Source of the DNA: the human T2T-CHM13v2.0 reference genome, Homo sapiens
NCBI RefSeq assembly: GCF_009914755.1
Contig: NC_060947.1
Strand: one strand, 5' to 3'
Length of the DNA: 64,000 nucleotides
This document shows, in pieces, positions 1 through 15,027 of this stretch. A program made the position numbers and the translations under genes. A model generated the notes under the pieces. That model did no database searches, was not told the origin of the DNA, and saw nothing but the letters and a program-made list of their open reading frames with translations. Position 1 is the first letter of the stretch. Each line of letters starts with the position of its first letter.

Positions 1-683
1 TGAATCTCTGTCTCCTGAAGACTGACTATATAATTAAAGTCAACTGTTACACCTTCAGGGACTCCAGTTACTTATCAATCAAATTATTTCTTTGGGGATG
101 TATAGGCTCAGCCCTCAGTTAAAAGATCTTTCTTTTAGATCCTTCCTCTAGACCAATTCCTCTCCAACATCTTTCCTTTCATGCCCTCACATGCAATCAG
201 AAAACCTAGATATCCCCTAACAAGAATTCCTTTTTGAACTTGGGGTTAGGGGAGAGGGGTTACATCTCACACAGCAGTTGTGTGAATGGGACTTTTACTA
301 AAGATTCAGTGTAAGCAAAGGGCAAATTTAACCAGGCTGAAAACATCATATCATTGGAAAAGCTATCTTGTTGATAACTAACCTGAGTTTCTCTTTTCTT
401 CCATAATGGCATCTCTAAATTTATGTCTACCAGAGCTATATCATATTGGGAGCCCATAGGTTATTCCAGGACCTCCACAGCTGATATAAGGTTATGTTAA
501 GTCTTAAGTTGAGTCTTCTGTCCAAGGGAAGTTCCCTATTTACAAACACTCAATTCACAAATAACCCCAGGGTTCTCAGCTTCTGCATCATTCAAATCAT
601 ACCCCTGCTCCTCCTGCACCTCCATTGGATTTCTAGGTGAGCTTTTCATTCCCTCTGTACAGCTAAATATGAAAAATAAACAT

Positions 684-1310
<627 letters not shown>

Positions 1311-2397
1311 AGACATGAATGAGTTAGCATTATTAAAGGGATAAAACCACAAAGACAGCTCAAAGCGGACTTTATCTGGGAGAGAAAGGGAAACCTTCCA
1401 CAGTAGGTGACAGAAAGCGTAGCTGAAAGAGATGCCAGATGAAATATAGGATGGCTATATTTCAGACAGGCAATTAATACTTTTTAGTATGTCTTGGACA
1501 TGTACTTTATCTGAAATTCAAACTCCACTGGGCATCCTATATTTTTATTTGCTAAATCTGGATACCCTACTAGCTGGGGAAGAAGACCAGATTCTGGATG
1601 CATTGAAAACTAAGGCAATGTCAGCCTGGGTCCTGCAAGTATCTCCGACTTGCAGTAGCAGAAGACGACCCATTCCCCAATGTCTTCTTCCTGGCTTCTA
1701 TAGAAATTTTTCCTTCTTATCAACTTCTTCAGACCCTACTCTTTGAGAGTTTTTGCCCAAGTTCATCAAAGCCACAACCCGAAGATTGGATATGAGCAAA
1801 AGTCCACTACACCACAGGTTAAAAGATACTTAGAAGATTTGCAGGATTTGAAGGAGAGTGTTCCTGTCATCCTAAATCAGAAATTGGAGTGATATGTTAC
1901 ACATGGTAGTTGAGCTCCATGAAACCACTAGTACAGGTGCAGGTGTGTTTTGGATTAAACACCACACTCTGGACCCATTTAAGGAGCTGATCATCTTACA
2001 TGTCATTGACTCAGTGGGGAAGTGCATTCTAAGTTTCAAGTCACCAAAATGGAAATGAAATTATGGAACACAAGTTCTCCATCAACTGCAGATTACCTGC
2101 AGTGCTAAAGGATCATTTAATTAGATTCTTACCCCATATCTTTGTGTATGCTTTGTGTATGCAAAAAATTCCTCGGTTTCTCTGACCATCAATTTGTCTA
2201 TATAACAAAAGATTTCAATTGTGTGATCCCTAAAATCCATTTTAGCATGAAACTTTTATTCCTATGTTCAAAATGAAAAGGACTTCAGCTTTCCCTATAG
2301 GAGACTATTGTTTACTTTTTATAGCTTTTTTTATACATTAAAGCCAAACTCCTTACAATTGCCTCATTAATTGTGCATTTTTTCCCTTCTCTTAAAG

Positions 2398-2663
2398 CTA
2401 TTGGCTTCTATATGGCAGTTCCGGCCTTGGCAGGTCACAAGAAAGACATTGGCCGATTGAAACTTCTCCTACCTGACCTGCAACCCCAAAGCAACTTCTG
2501 TTTGCTCTTTGATTACCGGCTGGCCGGAGACAAAGTCGGGAAACTTCGAGTGTTTGTGAAAAACAGTAACAATGCCCTGGCATGGGAGAAGACCACGAGT
2601 GAGGATGAAAAGTGGAAGACAGGGAAAATTCAGTTGTATCAAGGAACTGATGCTACCAAAAGC
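2398..2663 (+). CDS. EGFL6: EGFL6 penultimate coding exon (MAM domain)
   Basis: Polypyrimidine tract and AG (2396-2397), donor AGC|GTAAGT at 2664. Translates ..[59 protein letters not shown], recognised as the EGFL6 MAM domain. Ends in phase 0. Confidence 0.96.
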
Positions 2664-3070
2664 GTAAGTGGGAAAAAAATGATTAAACTCAATATTTGCA
2701 TTCTTTTGCAATGATTTAACAAATGAAACAAAACATTTACTGAAGTATGTAGGCATTAAGGATACAACGATAAGACTTTTTCCCTACACTTAAAGAATAC
2801 GTTCTGGAGCTGAATAGGCAAGGTGATTAATCGGCACAACTCATGGATACTTATCTGGCGTATGCATATCACGTTCTATGGAAATAACCTGTTTGTCAGG
2901 CTCCTCTCACCAGCGTCCTTCCAAATCAGGCTATACATGCTATACATTCCGTAGTATGTAAAAGAATGTCATGCTCATTCATTCTATGCCCAGAACTTAC
3001 TACAATTAATGGCAGCTAGAAGGTGATTTCTTTTAAATATTTTTTTAAACGGAACTGAGAGAGTGGCTAT

Positions 3071-3659
3071 TGTCAGTGTCCCCAGGACCACCCTTAGGTT
3101 CAGTGATTCCGTAAAAGGACTCACACAGAAGTCAGAAAAGCTGTTATATTCACAAGTACAGTTTGTATAGATTAAAATCAGTAGAGGGAAAAGACACGTA
3201 GGGCAGAATCCAGGAGAGACCAGGCAGAGGCTTGCAGTTTTTGTCTCCCAGTAGAGTCATATGGGCAGCTATTAATTCTCCCAGCAACCAAGCATGATGA
3301 CACTTACAAAGTATTGCCCACCAGGGAAGCTCACCCAAACTTTCATGTCCAAGGTTTTTGTTGGGGGTCAGTCTGCCCATGTGATCACCTGCATAGCTGA
3401 CTTTAGTTATCTAGTCTCCAGCCTCTCTAGTGGTCAAGTTGATACCATGTGACTCAAGGCCCCCACCATAAGTCACATTGTTACCATAAACTATCTGGCA
3501 TGGCCCAAGGCCTCAGGTAAACAAAGGCACTCTTAATCAAAGAGGGTATTACAAGGGCTTAGAGGTTATCTCCTAAGAACCAGTCAAGGGCCAAACCTTT
3601 CTTTGGAATGTGTATGGTTTGGACAACCCAGACCTACTGAGTTAATCTTTTATTGCACA
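3071..3659 (-). mobile_element. Old LTR, MER21-like
   Basis: tgtcagtgtccccaggaccacccttaggttcagtgatt...gagttaatcttttattgcaca resembles MER21-family consensus, with TG..CA ends. Subfamily and strand are uncertain. Confidence 0.55.
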
Positions 3660-3918
3660 GTGGGTTTAATAAAGGAAAAGGAAACAGAGTTTTAAGAGGA
3701 AGTTGGTCAAGTGGATGAAACCCTGAGAAAGAACAAGCAGAATAAAAATGGCAAAGAGTCTATTCAGTTTGACCCATCAGAAGGTGGCTAGTGACCTTTG
3801 CAAGAGTTCTTTCTTTGGAGGGGAAGGGTCGAAGGTCACACTTCAGAAAGATGAAAAGAGAAGGGATCAGAGCCTTAAGGCAGCCACTGTGGACGTTATA
3901 AAGAGTTTGGTCAAGGTA

Positions 3919-4226
3919 GGCCAGACGAGGTGACTCACGCCTGTAATCCCAACACTTTGGGAGGCCGAGACAGGCAGATCACCTGAGGTTGGGAGTTCAA
4001 GACCAGCCTGACCAACATGGAGAAACCCCATCTCTACTAAAAATACAAAATTAGCCAGGTGTGCAAGCCTGTAATCCCAGCTACTCAGAAGGCCGAGTCA
4101 GGAGAATTGCTTTAACCCGGGAGGCGGAGGTTGCAGTGAGCCGAGATCGTGCCATTGCACTCAAGCCTGGGCAACAAGAGTGAAACTCTATCTCAAAAAA
4201 AAACCCGAAAAAACAAACAAATGAAA
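3919..4226 (+). mobile_element. AluS
   Basis: Alu dimer with TSD agtttggtcaaggt at 3904-3917 and 4227-4240. Confidence 0.93.
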
Positions 4227-6886
4227 AGTTTGGTCAAGGTGGGAAGGAAAAAGGGTGAAAGCTAGAAAAAGGTACATTAAGTGGTGATAATAGGAAGAGC
4301 AATTAGTAGATCCATGTATTGGGATTCCATTTATACTTTGCTTGTGAAAGATGACTAATGCAAATTTAACATCTTTTCATTTACATGTCATAGTTTAATT
4401 AAAGCAGAACATCTTGTTTAAAATATGTCATGAGACATGACTATAAATAAAAGTATATGTTGGGTACCAGTTAATGAATTTCCTAACCACTCTTCCCCTC
4501 TGAGGTAAAAGCAGCCAGTGCTTGTTTAGGAATGACACATGCATTAATTTGAGTTTATTCTTATAGCAGTACATTTAAATCAATACAAATCCAATCCACG
4601 TATTTTCTTGTTGTGTTTGCAGCATGGTTTGGGGACTGTGGCACTGAGCCATGCTATATATGGATGATATCCCCTGCTGGAGAATTGAAACATGCCTCTG
4701 CACAGCATTCATAATCACTTTCATGTTGACTGAATTCATGTGATGGAGAATATTTTTAATATAACATGGTAGCTTGCAGGGAGGGTATACTAGCAAAACA
4801 GTGATTTTTTTTTTAAATGCACATTTCTGTAGACATGCCCCCAAAGAGCCTGGCCAGCAATCACACTGGAACACAGCAGTGCTTTCATAAGAGGCATTCT
4901 CAGACCCAGGCATCTGTTCCTTGAATTCTTCAGTTCTAGGGGAAATCTTGATGGGGGGATATTGAAGGGTAAGGAAGCTGACTAATCCAGTCTAAAGAAT
5001 ATATTCCAGTTTAGCAATGTCATATTGGCTGTGGACATTTGTAACATATGTGACTCTTGCTGCATAAACTTGGGCATACAATGTAAGTCACATTGCTTTC
5101 TCGAAATCAAACTATTTCTGAATCCAAAGCCCCATCCCATTAGGCTGGGGGGGAAATTTAATCTTGGCTATTTCCTCATTCAGGGTTGGGATAGGGGCCC
5201 CCTCCCTAGGGTAGCCTGTGCTTTTGAAAGGCTAAAAATGGTCCAGACATTAAGAAGGGGGCAACACATCTTTACTTCATCATGGGGGCCATGGATACCC
5301 ATATCTTCTGCACCTACGTGGCCCTTGAAGTCACTCATCTCTTCAACTTCCATGCCAGGCCCAGACACAGAAACCTTTACTGGGGTTGGAATCTTGTTGC
5401 TGAGAATCTAGCCTCAATAGGAACATCAGGCAACCATTTTCTGCCCAGGGCTCTGCCAGGGAGATGCAGTGGTACAGCATCCTAGTCCTGGAGAATCTCA
5501 TGGCTCCCCTCACCACTTCTCCTTTTAACCTTCTACCTTCAGCCACAGTCTCAGAAAGTTAAGCTTGTGGGTAACAAACGTCAGGAAAGGGACCATCTTC
5601 CAGAAAAGTCTGCTTTTGATTGTTATATCCCAAATCTCCTTGATAAAAAAGAACATTAAAATCCTGCCTAATTTTGGGGGGGATAGAGGAGGTAAAAATA
5701 TAGTGAAAAACACAAAATTAGTATGTCAATTAATTATCCGGACATTTATTTCTAGTTATCCAGTGGTTATCAGTCAGGGGTCTTAGTGTTGGAAAAGCCA
5801 CCATATGCCAAGATGTAGACATAGCCACCCTCATTATCCCACCCATTGCAGCTGCTGTGAGGGGTCTGCTGTTTGGCTCACCCCTACTTTTTAAAAAAAG
5901 TTCCTTTGGGTGCAAAAGGAACATCTTTCTGAAAGCAGTTCCCTCCTGAGACTAGAGGAAAAAGAAACTTCTATACCCAGTTGTGCTATCACTGGCTGCT
6001 TAGTAATAACTTGTTTCCAATAGTTCTCAAGAAAATGCACTCAGATTGAGAGCAAAAGAGAGCAGCCCAGGTACTGAGCAGTCATAGACCCTTGTCATCT
6101 CCATTTGTTCCCTGAGGTTTCTCTTCTTTGGAGAGCCAGAGAAAACTGGATATGGTGATGACAGCAAGCCTAAAGTTGCTTCATTTCTGAAGACTATTCT
6201 GTGATTCTTTATTAAGCAAAAAAGAGATGGTGCTGGGGATAGTGAATAATTGCATGATGGCATTGTTGTGAGCATGATTCTTAAAGGGTCTTTCTTTAAA
6301 ATGCCAATTTATACAAGTTTGAATTTATATAAGTTTGAGCTTAAAAAGTTTAGAAATGACAAAAGGAAATTACTTTTTTGAAAATAAGAAAAGATTCATA
6401 ATCATACTACAGTAACATGAGTGCTTTTATATTTCACATTTTACTTTGCACATGAATGTATATTTTTATTTATCTGTAACTGCAGTATGCGTAGGCTATT
6501 GTTGAATTTCATTTTGATAGGCTATATGTGCATGTTATTTTAAAGAATACCATGTTCCAAATGAAATATTCTTTTCCCTCTATGTTTGTTCCAGGGTAAC
6601 TTTTGTCATCTTTGAATCAGGATCATTTTGTTGTCCTCTAAATCTGCTTATTTCGGATATTGAAGATTGTAGAAACCCTCTAGGCCTAGTCTGCTCTTTA
6701 TGGGAGGCATGGGAGACATACTTCTCTTTAGAGTGAATGTTACTGGATAGGTGCTCCATAAATTGTAGCTATTATTATTTTCATAATTATTGAATTTAAC
6801 AAATATTTCTAGTGTTTTATCTGATTATAAAATTAACATGAACTATTTTTTTTTTTAAATTACAATATTGAAGAAACATTCATTCA

Positions 6887-7214
<328 letters not shown>

Positions 7215-7546
7215 TCATTCAGCAAATATTGATTTTAATTTTATTTATTTGAAAACATGTTTGGATAAATGAATGAATATAAAATAGTCACTGTATATCC
7301 TTAATTTTGTTAAATGAGTCCCCTGTCATTTTGTGTCCAATTTGAAGATAATTTTTTTAGTATTCATCCTCTGTTCTCTCTATATAGAAATTTCTAAACT
7401 ATAAAGAAGTTTGTTTCTCTTTTGATTACTAATAAATTTATTAGACAAAAGTGATTATAGCATATTATGAAATATTTTCAACACGTGAAAACAACATTCC
7501 AGATAATCTCCAAATACATTAACCAATATTTTAAGAAAAATAATTA

Positions 7547-7611
7547 GGCCGGGCACGGTGGCTCACGCCTGTAATCCCAGCAACAGAGTGAGACTCCGTC
7601 TCAAAAAAAAA
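7547..7611 (+). mobile_element. Internally deleted mini-Alu (first ~35 nt joined to last ~20 nt plus poly-A)
   Basis: ggccgggcacggtggctcacgcctgtaatcccagca|acagagtgagactccgtctc(A)n, with TSD aagaaaaataatta at 7533-7546 and 7612-7625. Confidence 0.9.
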
Positions 7612-7622
7612 AAGAAAAATAA

Positions 7623-7990
<368 letters not shown>

Positions 7991-8371
7991 TTGACTATAT
8001 AGTTTTTTATTAGATGTTCAAGGGGAATATCAAATTTCTTCTCACTTGGTTTTTGTAAAGAAAACCATATTTTATTTTTTGTTTTGCTTTTCTTTAAATG
8101 TGAATTCCAAAATTTCCTTTTAAATCTTATTCTTCTCAGCTTTATGGCGTTTTTCAGAATCTATGTGGGCTTTGCTATGACCTTGTTTTCACCAAATGTA
8201 GTTCTCTCAGCGCAGACACCTGGCATCTAAAAAATAATCTATTACAGTATATTCAATGTCGAAGCCGGTTTCTATGAAATAGGGACACGAGTTAATAGCT
8301 ATTAAATAGCTTGATTATATCATTGTTTTGAACAGTTTGGAGTAATTTTTTTATTCTCTCTCCATTATTAG

Positions 8372-8482
8372 ATCATTTTTGAAGCAGAACGTGGCAAGGG
8401 CAAAACCGGCGAAATCGCAGTGGATGGCGTCTTGCTTGTTTCAGGCTTATGTCCAGATAGCCTTTTATCTGTGGATGACTGA
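8372..8482 (+). CDS. EGFL6: EGFL6 final coding exon
   Basis: Acceptor ttctctctccattattag (AG 8370-8371). Translates [39 protein letters not shown], in phase with the previous exon. The GEIAVD motif is the MAM C-terminal signature. Confidence 0.96.
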
Positions 8483-8965
8483 ATGTTACTATCTTTATAT
8501 TTGACTTTGTATGTCAGTTCCCTGGTTTTTTTGATATTGCATCATAGGACCTCTGGCATTTTAGAATTACTAGCTGAAAAATTGTAATGTACCAACAGAA
8601 ATATTATTGTAAGATGCCTTTCTTGTATAAGATATGCCAATATTTGCTTTAAATATCATATCACTGTATCTTCTCAGTCATTTCTGAATCTTTCCACATT
8701 ATATTATAAAATATGGAAATGTCAGTTTATCTCCCCTCCTCAGTATATCTGATTTGTATAAGTAAGTTGATGAGCTTCTCTCTACAACATTTCTAGAAAA
8801 TAGAAAAAAAAGCACAGAGAAATGTTTAACTGTTTGACTCTTATGATACTTCTTGGAAACTATGACATCAAAGATAGACTTTTGCCTAAGTGGCTTAGCT
8901 GGGTCTTTCATAGCCAAACTTGTATATTTAAATTCTTTGTAATAATAATATCCAAATCATCATCT
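8483..8965 (+). other. EGFL6: EGFL6 3' UTR (end approximate)
   Basis: AT-rich unique sequence after the stop codon. No canonical AATAAA. The AATAATAATA run at 8941-8950, followed by GT/T-rich sequence, is the likely 3' end signal. Confidence 0.6.
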
Positions 8966-9179
8966 TGTGTCATGGTTTAATTTTTCTAGGTAAGAAAATA
9001 TGTTCTTGATTCTGTGTTTACTTATGTAAATGATTATTTGCTTTTCTGAAAAATGTAGTTTTTATCTTTTCACTATTACTTCATATTCTTTAAAGGTACT
9101 TTCTATTATGGGAAAATATGACTGCTTTATTAGGCCTTATAACTGCAAAGCAGATTCACATATATTGGGGTTTTGTTTG

Positions 9180-9310
9180 TTTTTTATTTTTTAGAAATGA
9201 GGTCTTGCTATGTTGCCCATGTTGGTCTTGAACTCCTGGCCTCAAGCGATCCTCCCATCTTAGCCTCCCAAAGTGCTGGAATTACATGAGTGAGCTGCCG
9301 CACCCAGCCA
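9180..9310 (-). mobile_element. Alu monomer (FLAM-like)
   Basis: Single Alu left-arm monomer, reverse strand. Confidence 0.85.
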
Positions 9311-10103
9311 GCATATATTGTTGAGCTCAAAGCCTCAGAGAACTACCTAAAACTAAATGAGCAGGTAGCAGGACTCAAAGAAACATGGATGACTTCTTTG
9401 TCTTACTCTTTTCTTCCAAATTCAGGAAGAGCTTTGTGTAGGAATCTTGAGTGTATTCCTTGAGGACGGTTTTATATTCTGTTTAAGATTCTGGGTTAGA
9501 AACAGGTCTAAGACACCCTCCAAACAGAAGGTTCTCCAGATATTTGCTCTCTGTTACCTAAAGCAATTAAGGCATTGAACCATGGTAGGAAAAAAAGAGA
9601 GGTGATCCACTTACTAATCTTTAAAATTTAATTTTAATACAAAATTTAAACCCCACTCTTGAAGGTTTTTAAATACTTAAACCCTAAGTAATTCTTCTTC
9701 AACAATGTTCTCTTTAATACAACCAACACACACAACCTTTTAAGATGGGGTGGGGACCACATTGTTTATCCCTAGTGTGAGAGAATCTGGGCATACAAAA
9801 TCTATATAGGACTGTAACTGTATCTGTTAGGATAACTGCTAGTTATGGAAACCACAAAAATAGTGTTTCTGGTGAGACCAGATGAAAAACTGCCCAGCTA
9901 AGGCAAATCAGCCCACAGAATCCTAAGAGATAATAAAAATAGTTGTTTTAAGCCACAAAATTCTGGGGTAGTTTGCTACACAGCAAAAGTTAACTGATAT
10001 AGGTGATTTCTGATATTGTGGTAGAACTTGAAGAAGACCCCCTGTCTCTTCCATGACCAAGGACATTTGAGAGCACAATGTGGCTTAGAAGAAAGGACAA
10101 TGG

Positions 10104-10406
10104 GGCCGGGTATGGTGGCTCAAACCTGTAATCCCAGCAACTCCCTTTGGGAGGAGGAGGTAGGTGGATCTCTTGAGCTGAGGAGTTCAAGACCAGCCTG
10201 GGCAACAGGACAAAACCCCATCTCTACAAAAACTACACAAATTAACAGGGCATGGTGGTTTGCACCTGTAGTCCTAGCTACCCAGGAGGCTAAAGTGGGA
10301 GGATCACCTGAGCCTGGGAGGTTGAGGCTGCAGTGAGCTGTGATCACACCAGTGCACTCCAGCCTGGGCCACAGCATGATACCCTGTCTCAAAAAGAAAA
10401 AAAAAA
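10104..10406 (+). mobile_element. AluJ
   Basis: Diverged Alu dimer with TSD agaaaggacaatgg at 10090-10103 and 10407-10420. Confidence 0.9.
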
Positions 10407-12298
10407 AGAAAGGACAATGGAGGGGAGAACTTACAATGAAAGGCAGTGCCCGAGTGATTTAGGTTAAAGGAAGAAACGTTAAACCAGAAATGAAATAAGG
10501 AGACCTGGGAACTCTGCTACATATGGATAGAAAATCAGTGCACAAAGCTCAGTTAAGTTTCATGTTTCTCTAAAGTCTGCAGCAGAGACCGTGGTTGCCT
10601 ACACAATATCCATTCTCATCGTTTTCCTTACCAGTATGACCACATATAAATAGATTTTTAGCAGGGGGAGGTAGGCAATGTGATCAACTAATAGACTGCA
10701 TTTCCCAGCCTCTCTTACAGATGGGGAGGCCCCTGAGATGGAAGCTGAAGTCATTCTTGGGGCTTTCAGGAAGGATCATCAAAGGGGGCTTCCAGCTGGC
10801 AGACCCCTCTTTTGGCATTTCCCTTCCTCCTTCCTGCTTGCAATGTGGCTGTAAAGGCAGAAGGTCCATGAACCACTTTGTGATCAAGAGGGCAAGGCCC
10901 TCACCTTGTGAAGTACATAACTGGAGGAAGCCTGGGTCCCTGATGATTTTGTGAAGTCTCTACCACTATCCCAGACTAGTCACTGCTGGACATTTTCTTA
11001 AGTAAGAGAAAAGCCCTCTGTTGGCCTATCTAGGATTTCAAACAGCACAATGCAGACCCAAGTGATCACTCTCCTGGGAGAGTCTTATGGACTAACTTCT
11101 TAGATCCTTAAATAGCAACATATTGTTTTGAATTCCAGTCAATAGCCTATGGTATCAGCTCTAGCCTGCACCAGCACTAAATCATACTTAGATTCCTTTG
11201 CAGAACTTAAGTCAGCTAGTTCAGCCATGACTTCCGTATCTGTTGCCCCTGGCTACCACCCAACATGCAAACTCTCCCTCTTCTCACCCATCATCTCCCC
11301 CTCTCTCATCCCCACTCTGTATGGGCCCACTCTACTTGGCACTTCTCCCCACTATTTCTACCCCCATCACACATGATCCATTGTCTGGTAAACAAATCCC
11401 CCTCCATCTTAATTCATGCTTAAAGGTCTCTTCCTGCATTTCTCAAGCTTAGCTGAAACTGAGCTCTCTCCCAGGGACACCTCTCCCGCTGCAGCCTTAT
11501 CAAATGAAAACCACTCATCTTCCCACATTCCACACATGGCAGGGTCTAAAGTTGAGGGTGGCATTCTCCTTACTCCACTCTTATTCACCACCTCTTATTT
11601 CTGTAATGTGAAAGCTGCTGTTCTTTGGAGATGCAGTTAAGTAGTACTACAGCCTTCTGTCCTGGCTAGCCATTGTCATTGACCAGCATGGCGATATCCA
11701 TGCAAATACCAATCCAGGATCCTAGCCTCAGAGTCCTTTGACCTCATCTATCCCAGTTACCATCACCTCCTCCTCAGTCACTGCACCATGGCCACCCCTT
11801 GGACTTGATCATTGCCTCTGAACTCTTGAACTCCAACATCCCACTCTCTGGTCTCTCTGGCTTCCTCCTCATCCTACTCCCCCTACACTTACTCTTTGGC
11901 CTTTTTGAGACCTCCATTCCCTTGACAGCTCCATTTTCTTCCTATCTCTTGACCTCCTCTTGGCTTGACTTTCCTCTCTAATAAAACATAGCCTAGACTC
12001 TGAGGCCCATCATCTCTTCAAAGACACTCTTGTCAATGCCCCTCAAGTCCCAGGCTCGTGTGTCTTCCACTGCCACCAGGAAGAGCCCTCAATCAACCCA
12101 ACTGCCTTCTTTTCTCCATCGTGTCTCCAGGCTGCTAAGCATGGTTAGAGAAAGTTATACAACTGTGCAGGCTGAGCCTTCAACAAAACCATGATCTTCA
12201 ACCTTCCACAAACCTGTAGTGCTGCCCAAATTATTTACCACTGAGCAGTGCTTGGCTGTTTGCTTGTACACACTAAGTAACATTCACCAGGATGTCCC

Positions 12299-13320
12299 TA
12301 TGGGGGGAACCTACCCCCAGTATTTCAACATAGGTTCTATTTTCCCTAAGTGTCGGTCTGAGAAATAGAGAGTACAAAGAGAGGAATTTTACAGCTGGGC
12401 CTCTGGGGGTGACATCACATATCGGTAGGACCATGATGCCCACCTGAGCCACAAAACCAGCAAGTTTTTATTAAAGATTTCAAAAGGGGAGGGGGTGTAT
12501 GAACAGGGATCAGGTCATAAAGATCACGTGCTTCAAAGGGCAAAAGGGAGAAGAAACATCACATGCTTCTGAGGTAACAGGGCAAGGACAAAAGCAAAGA
12601 TCACAAGGCAAAGGGCAAAATTGGAATTACTGATAAGGGTCTATGTTCAGCTGTGCACGTATTGCCTTGATAAACATCTTAAACAACAGAAAACAGGGTT
12701 TGAGAGCAGAGAACCAGTCTGACCTCAAATTTACCATGGCGGGATTTTTTTCCCCACCCTAATAAGCCCGACGGTACTGCAGGAGACCAGGGCGTATTTC
12801 AGTCCTTATCTCAACCGCATAAGACAGACACTCTCAGAGCGGCTGTTTATAGACCTCCCCCCAGGAATGCATTCCTTTCCCAAGGTCTTAATTATTAATA
12901 TTCCTTGCTAGGAAAAGAATCCAGCAATATCTTCCCTACTTGCACGTCTGTTTATAGGCTCTCTGCAAGAAGAAAAATATGGCTCTATTCTGCCTGACCC
13001 CGCAGGCAGTCAGACTTTATGGTTGTCTTCCCTTGTTCCCTAAAAATCGCTGTTATTCTGTTCTTTTTCGAGGTGCACTGATTTCATATTGTTCAAACAC
13101 ACATGTTTTACAATCAGTTTGTACAATAGTGGTCCTGAGGTGATGTACATCCTCAGCTTACGAAGATAACAAGACTAAGAGATCAAAGTAAGACAGGTGT
13201 AAGAAATTATAAGAGTATTATTAGGGAAGTGATAAATGTCCATGAAATCTTCACAATTTATGTTCCTCTGCCGCGGCTCCAGCCAGTCCCTCTGTTCAGG
13301 GTCCCTGACTTCCTGCACCA
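12299..13320 (-). mobile_element. Solo LTR MER11 (HERV-K11/HML-8)
   Basis: Reverse strand starts tggtgcaggaagtcagggaccctgaacagagggactggctggagccgcggcagaggaacataaattgtgaagatttcatgg, the MER11 5' end. About 1 kb long, with 6-bp TSD tgtccc (12293-12298) / tgtcct (13321-13326). Confidence 0.88.
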
Positions 13321-13548
13321 TGTCCTCACATCCTACAGCCCCATAAGTTAATATTAACTACTGAAATAACAATGACATGTCCCCCCCATTTTTGCCTGCT
13401 AAGGCTGAATGTCATTCTGACTAAAGCCCTGAGTTGAGGATTTTGAGATCACATTTGGGCCTTTATCACAGCAAGGACGGGTACTGAATGACACTGTTTG
13501 GAGTTCTCAAAGGCAAGGAGGTAGGCAACTGTCAGCAGATGTGACCTG

Positions 13549-13614
13549 TGTGGCATGATCCTCTCCCTATTCTACAGGCTGTGGCATGATCCTCTCCCTA
13601 TTCTACAGGCTGTG
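13549..13614. repeat. 31-bp perfect tandem duplication
   Basis: tgtggcatgatcctctccctattctacaggc x2, followed by tgtg. Confidence 0.95.
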
Positions 13615-14299
13615 TCACTCACTCCCTCTGAGGATATGAAACAAACTGGGAGAACAGGCCTGCCTGCAACAGGCTGGGTAGTCCTTGGCCTGTGAGGATC
13701 CTCTTCTAATAATTCACAAAGGGGTGGCTGTGTCCAGCCACATGACCAAGGAGAAGGGCTACTACTCCTTCTTCAAAACACTGCCTCCACTCTTCCCCAG
13801 ACTGAAGGCTGACCCTAACCAAGGAAATGATCCAAAACTGTCCAGAATGGGGGGCCCTGGAGAGGGGTTGTACCTTTAGTTAGGTAACTCACTCCTAGAA
13901 CAAAGAACCCTGAGCCGTGTTGCTATAACCTTAAGACTGGTCTCAGAACTTTGTCACATGTGAAAAACCTTCAAATGTCCCTCCATTATCTCTAAGAGCA
14001 AAGCAAGAAGATGACACTTGAGCACTGGCTCTGCAAGTAGTTGTTGAGTATTCACTGTTTAAGAAAACAAGGAGACAAGTAGAAATTTGAGCACTTGCAG
14101 GATATCTGACAATATTAAGCGATACTTTTAGGTGGGATAATGGTACTGCGGTTATGCTTTTTTTAAAGAAAGAATTCTTCCCTTTAGAGAAACACACTGA
14201 ACTACTTAAATGAAATTACATGAGATCTGGGATTTGCTTGGAAAACAATGGGGGGGAGAGGAGGGAGTCGATGAGGGTATCTAGAAGAAAAGATGATAA

Positions 14300-14515
14300 A
14301 CATTTTTTTCTGGAATGAGGCATATAGTAAATATTTCAGGCTCTGTGGGCCAGACATCTCTGTCACCACAACTCAACTCTGCCACTATAGCACAAAAGCA
14401 GCCGTAGGCAATATGTAAACGAATGGGAGTGGCTGCATTCTTTATAAAGTTAATTTTAAAGCCTGTAGCTGGCCAGACTGAGGCCAAATACTGTAGTTTG
14501 TTGACCTCTGGTCTA
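14300..14515. mobile_element. MER58-like hAT-Charlie MITE
   Basis: atagtaaatatttcaggctctgtgggcc...caactcaactctgccactatagcacaaaagcagcc...tagtttgttgacctctg resembles MER58A. Confidence 0.65.
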
Positions 14516-14694
14516 GAGGAAACAAGAAAAGCCATGTGTTGATAATTGACAAAACTGAGTGATGGGGGTCTCAGAATACTAATTGGTCTACTTTTTTGTA
14601 TGTTTCAAATTCTCCACAGTAAAACATTAAAAAACAAACAAAGAAGGAAATAGACCATGTATTTTTAAGAAAGATTACCATCACAAATGCTTAA

Positions 14695-15027
<333 letters not shown>

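Noticed and set aside
1-660. Possible decayed coding or retroelement remnant on the minus strand (a similar impression at ~4900-6000)
   Set aside because: No family could be recognised with confidence and there are many stops. It would need a Dfam or tBLASTx search.
2373-2714. 113-aa ORF as a standalone protein
   Set aside because: It is the EGFL6 exon plus intronic read-through. Splice sites define 2398-2663.
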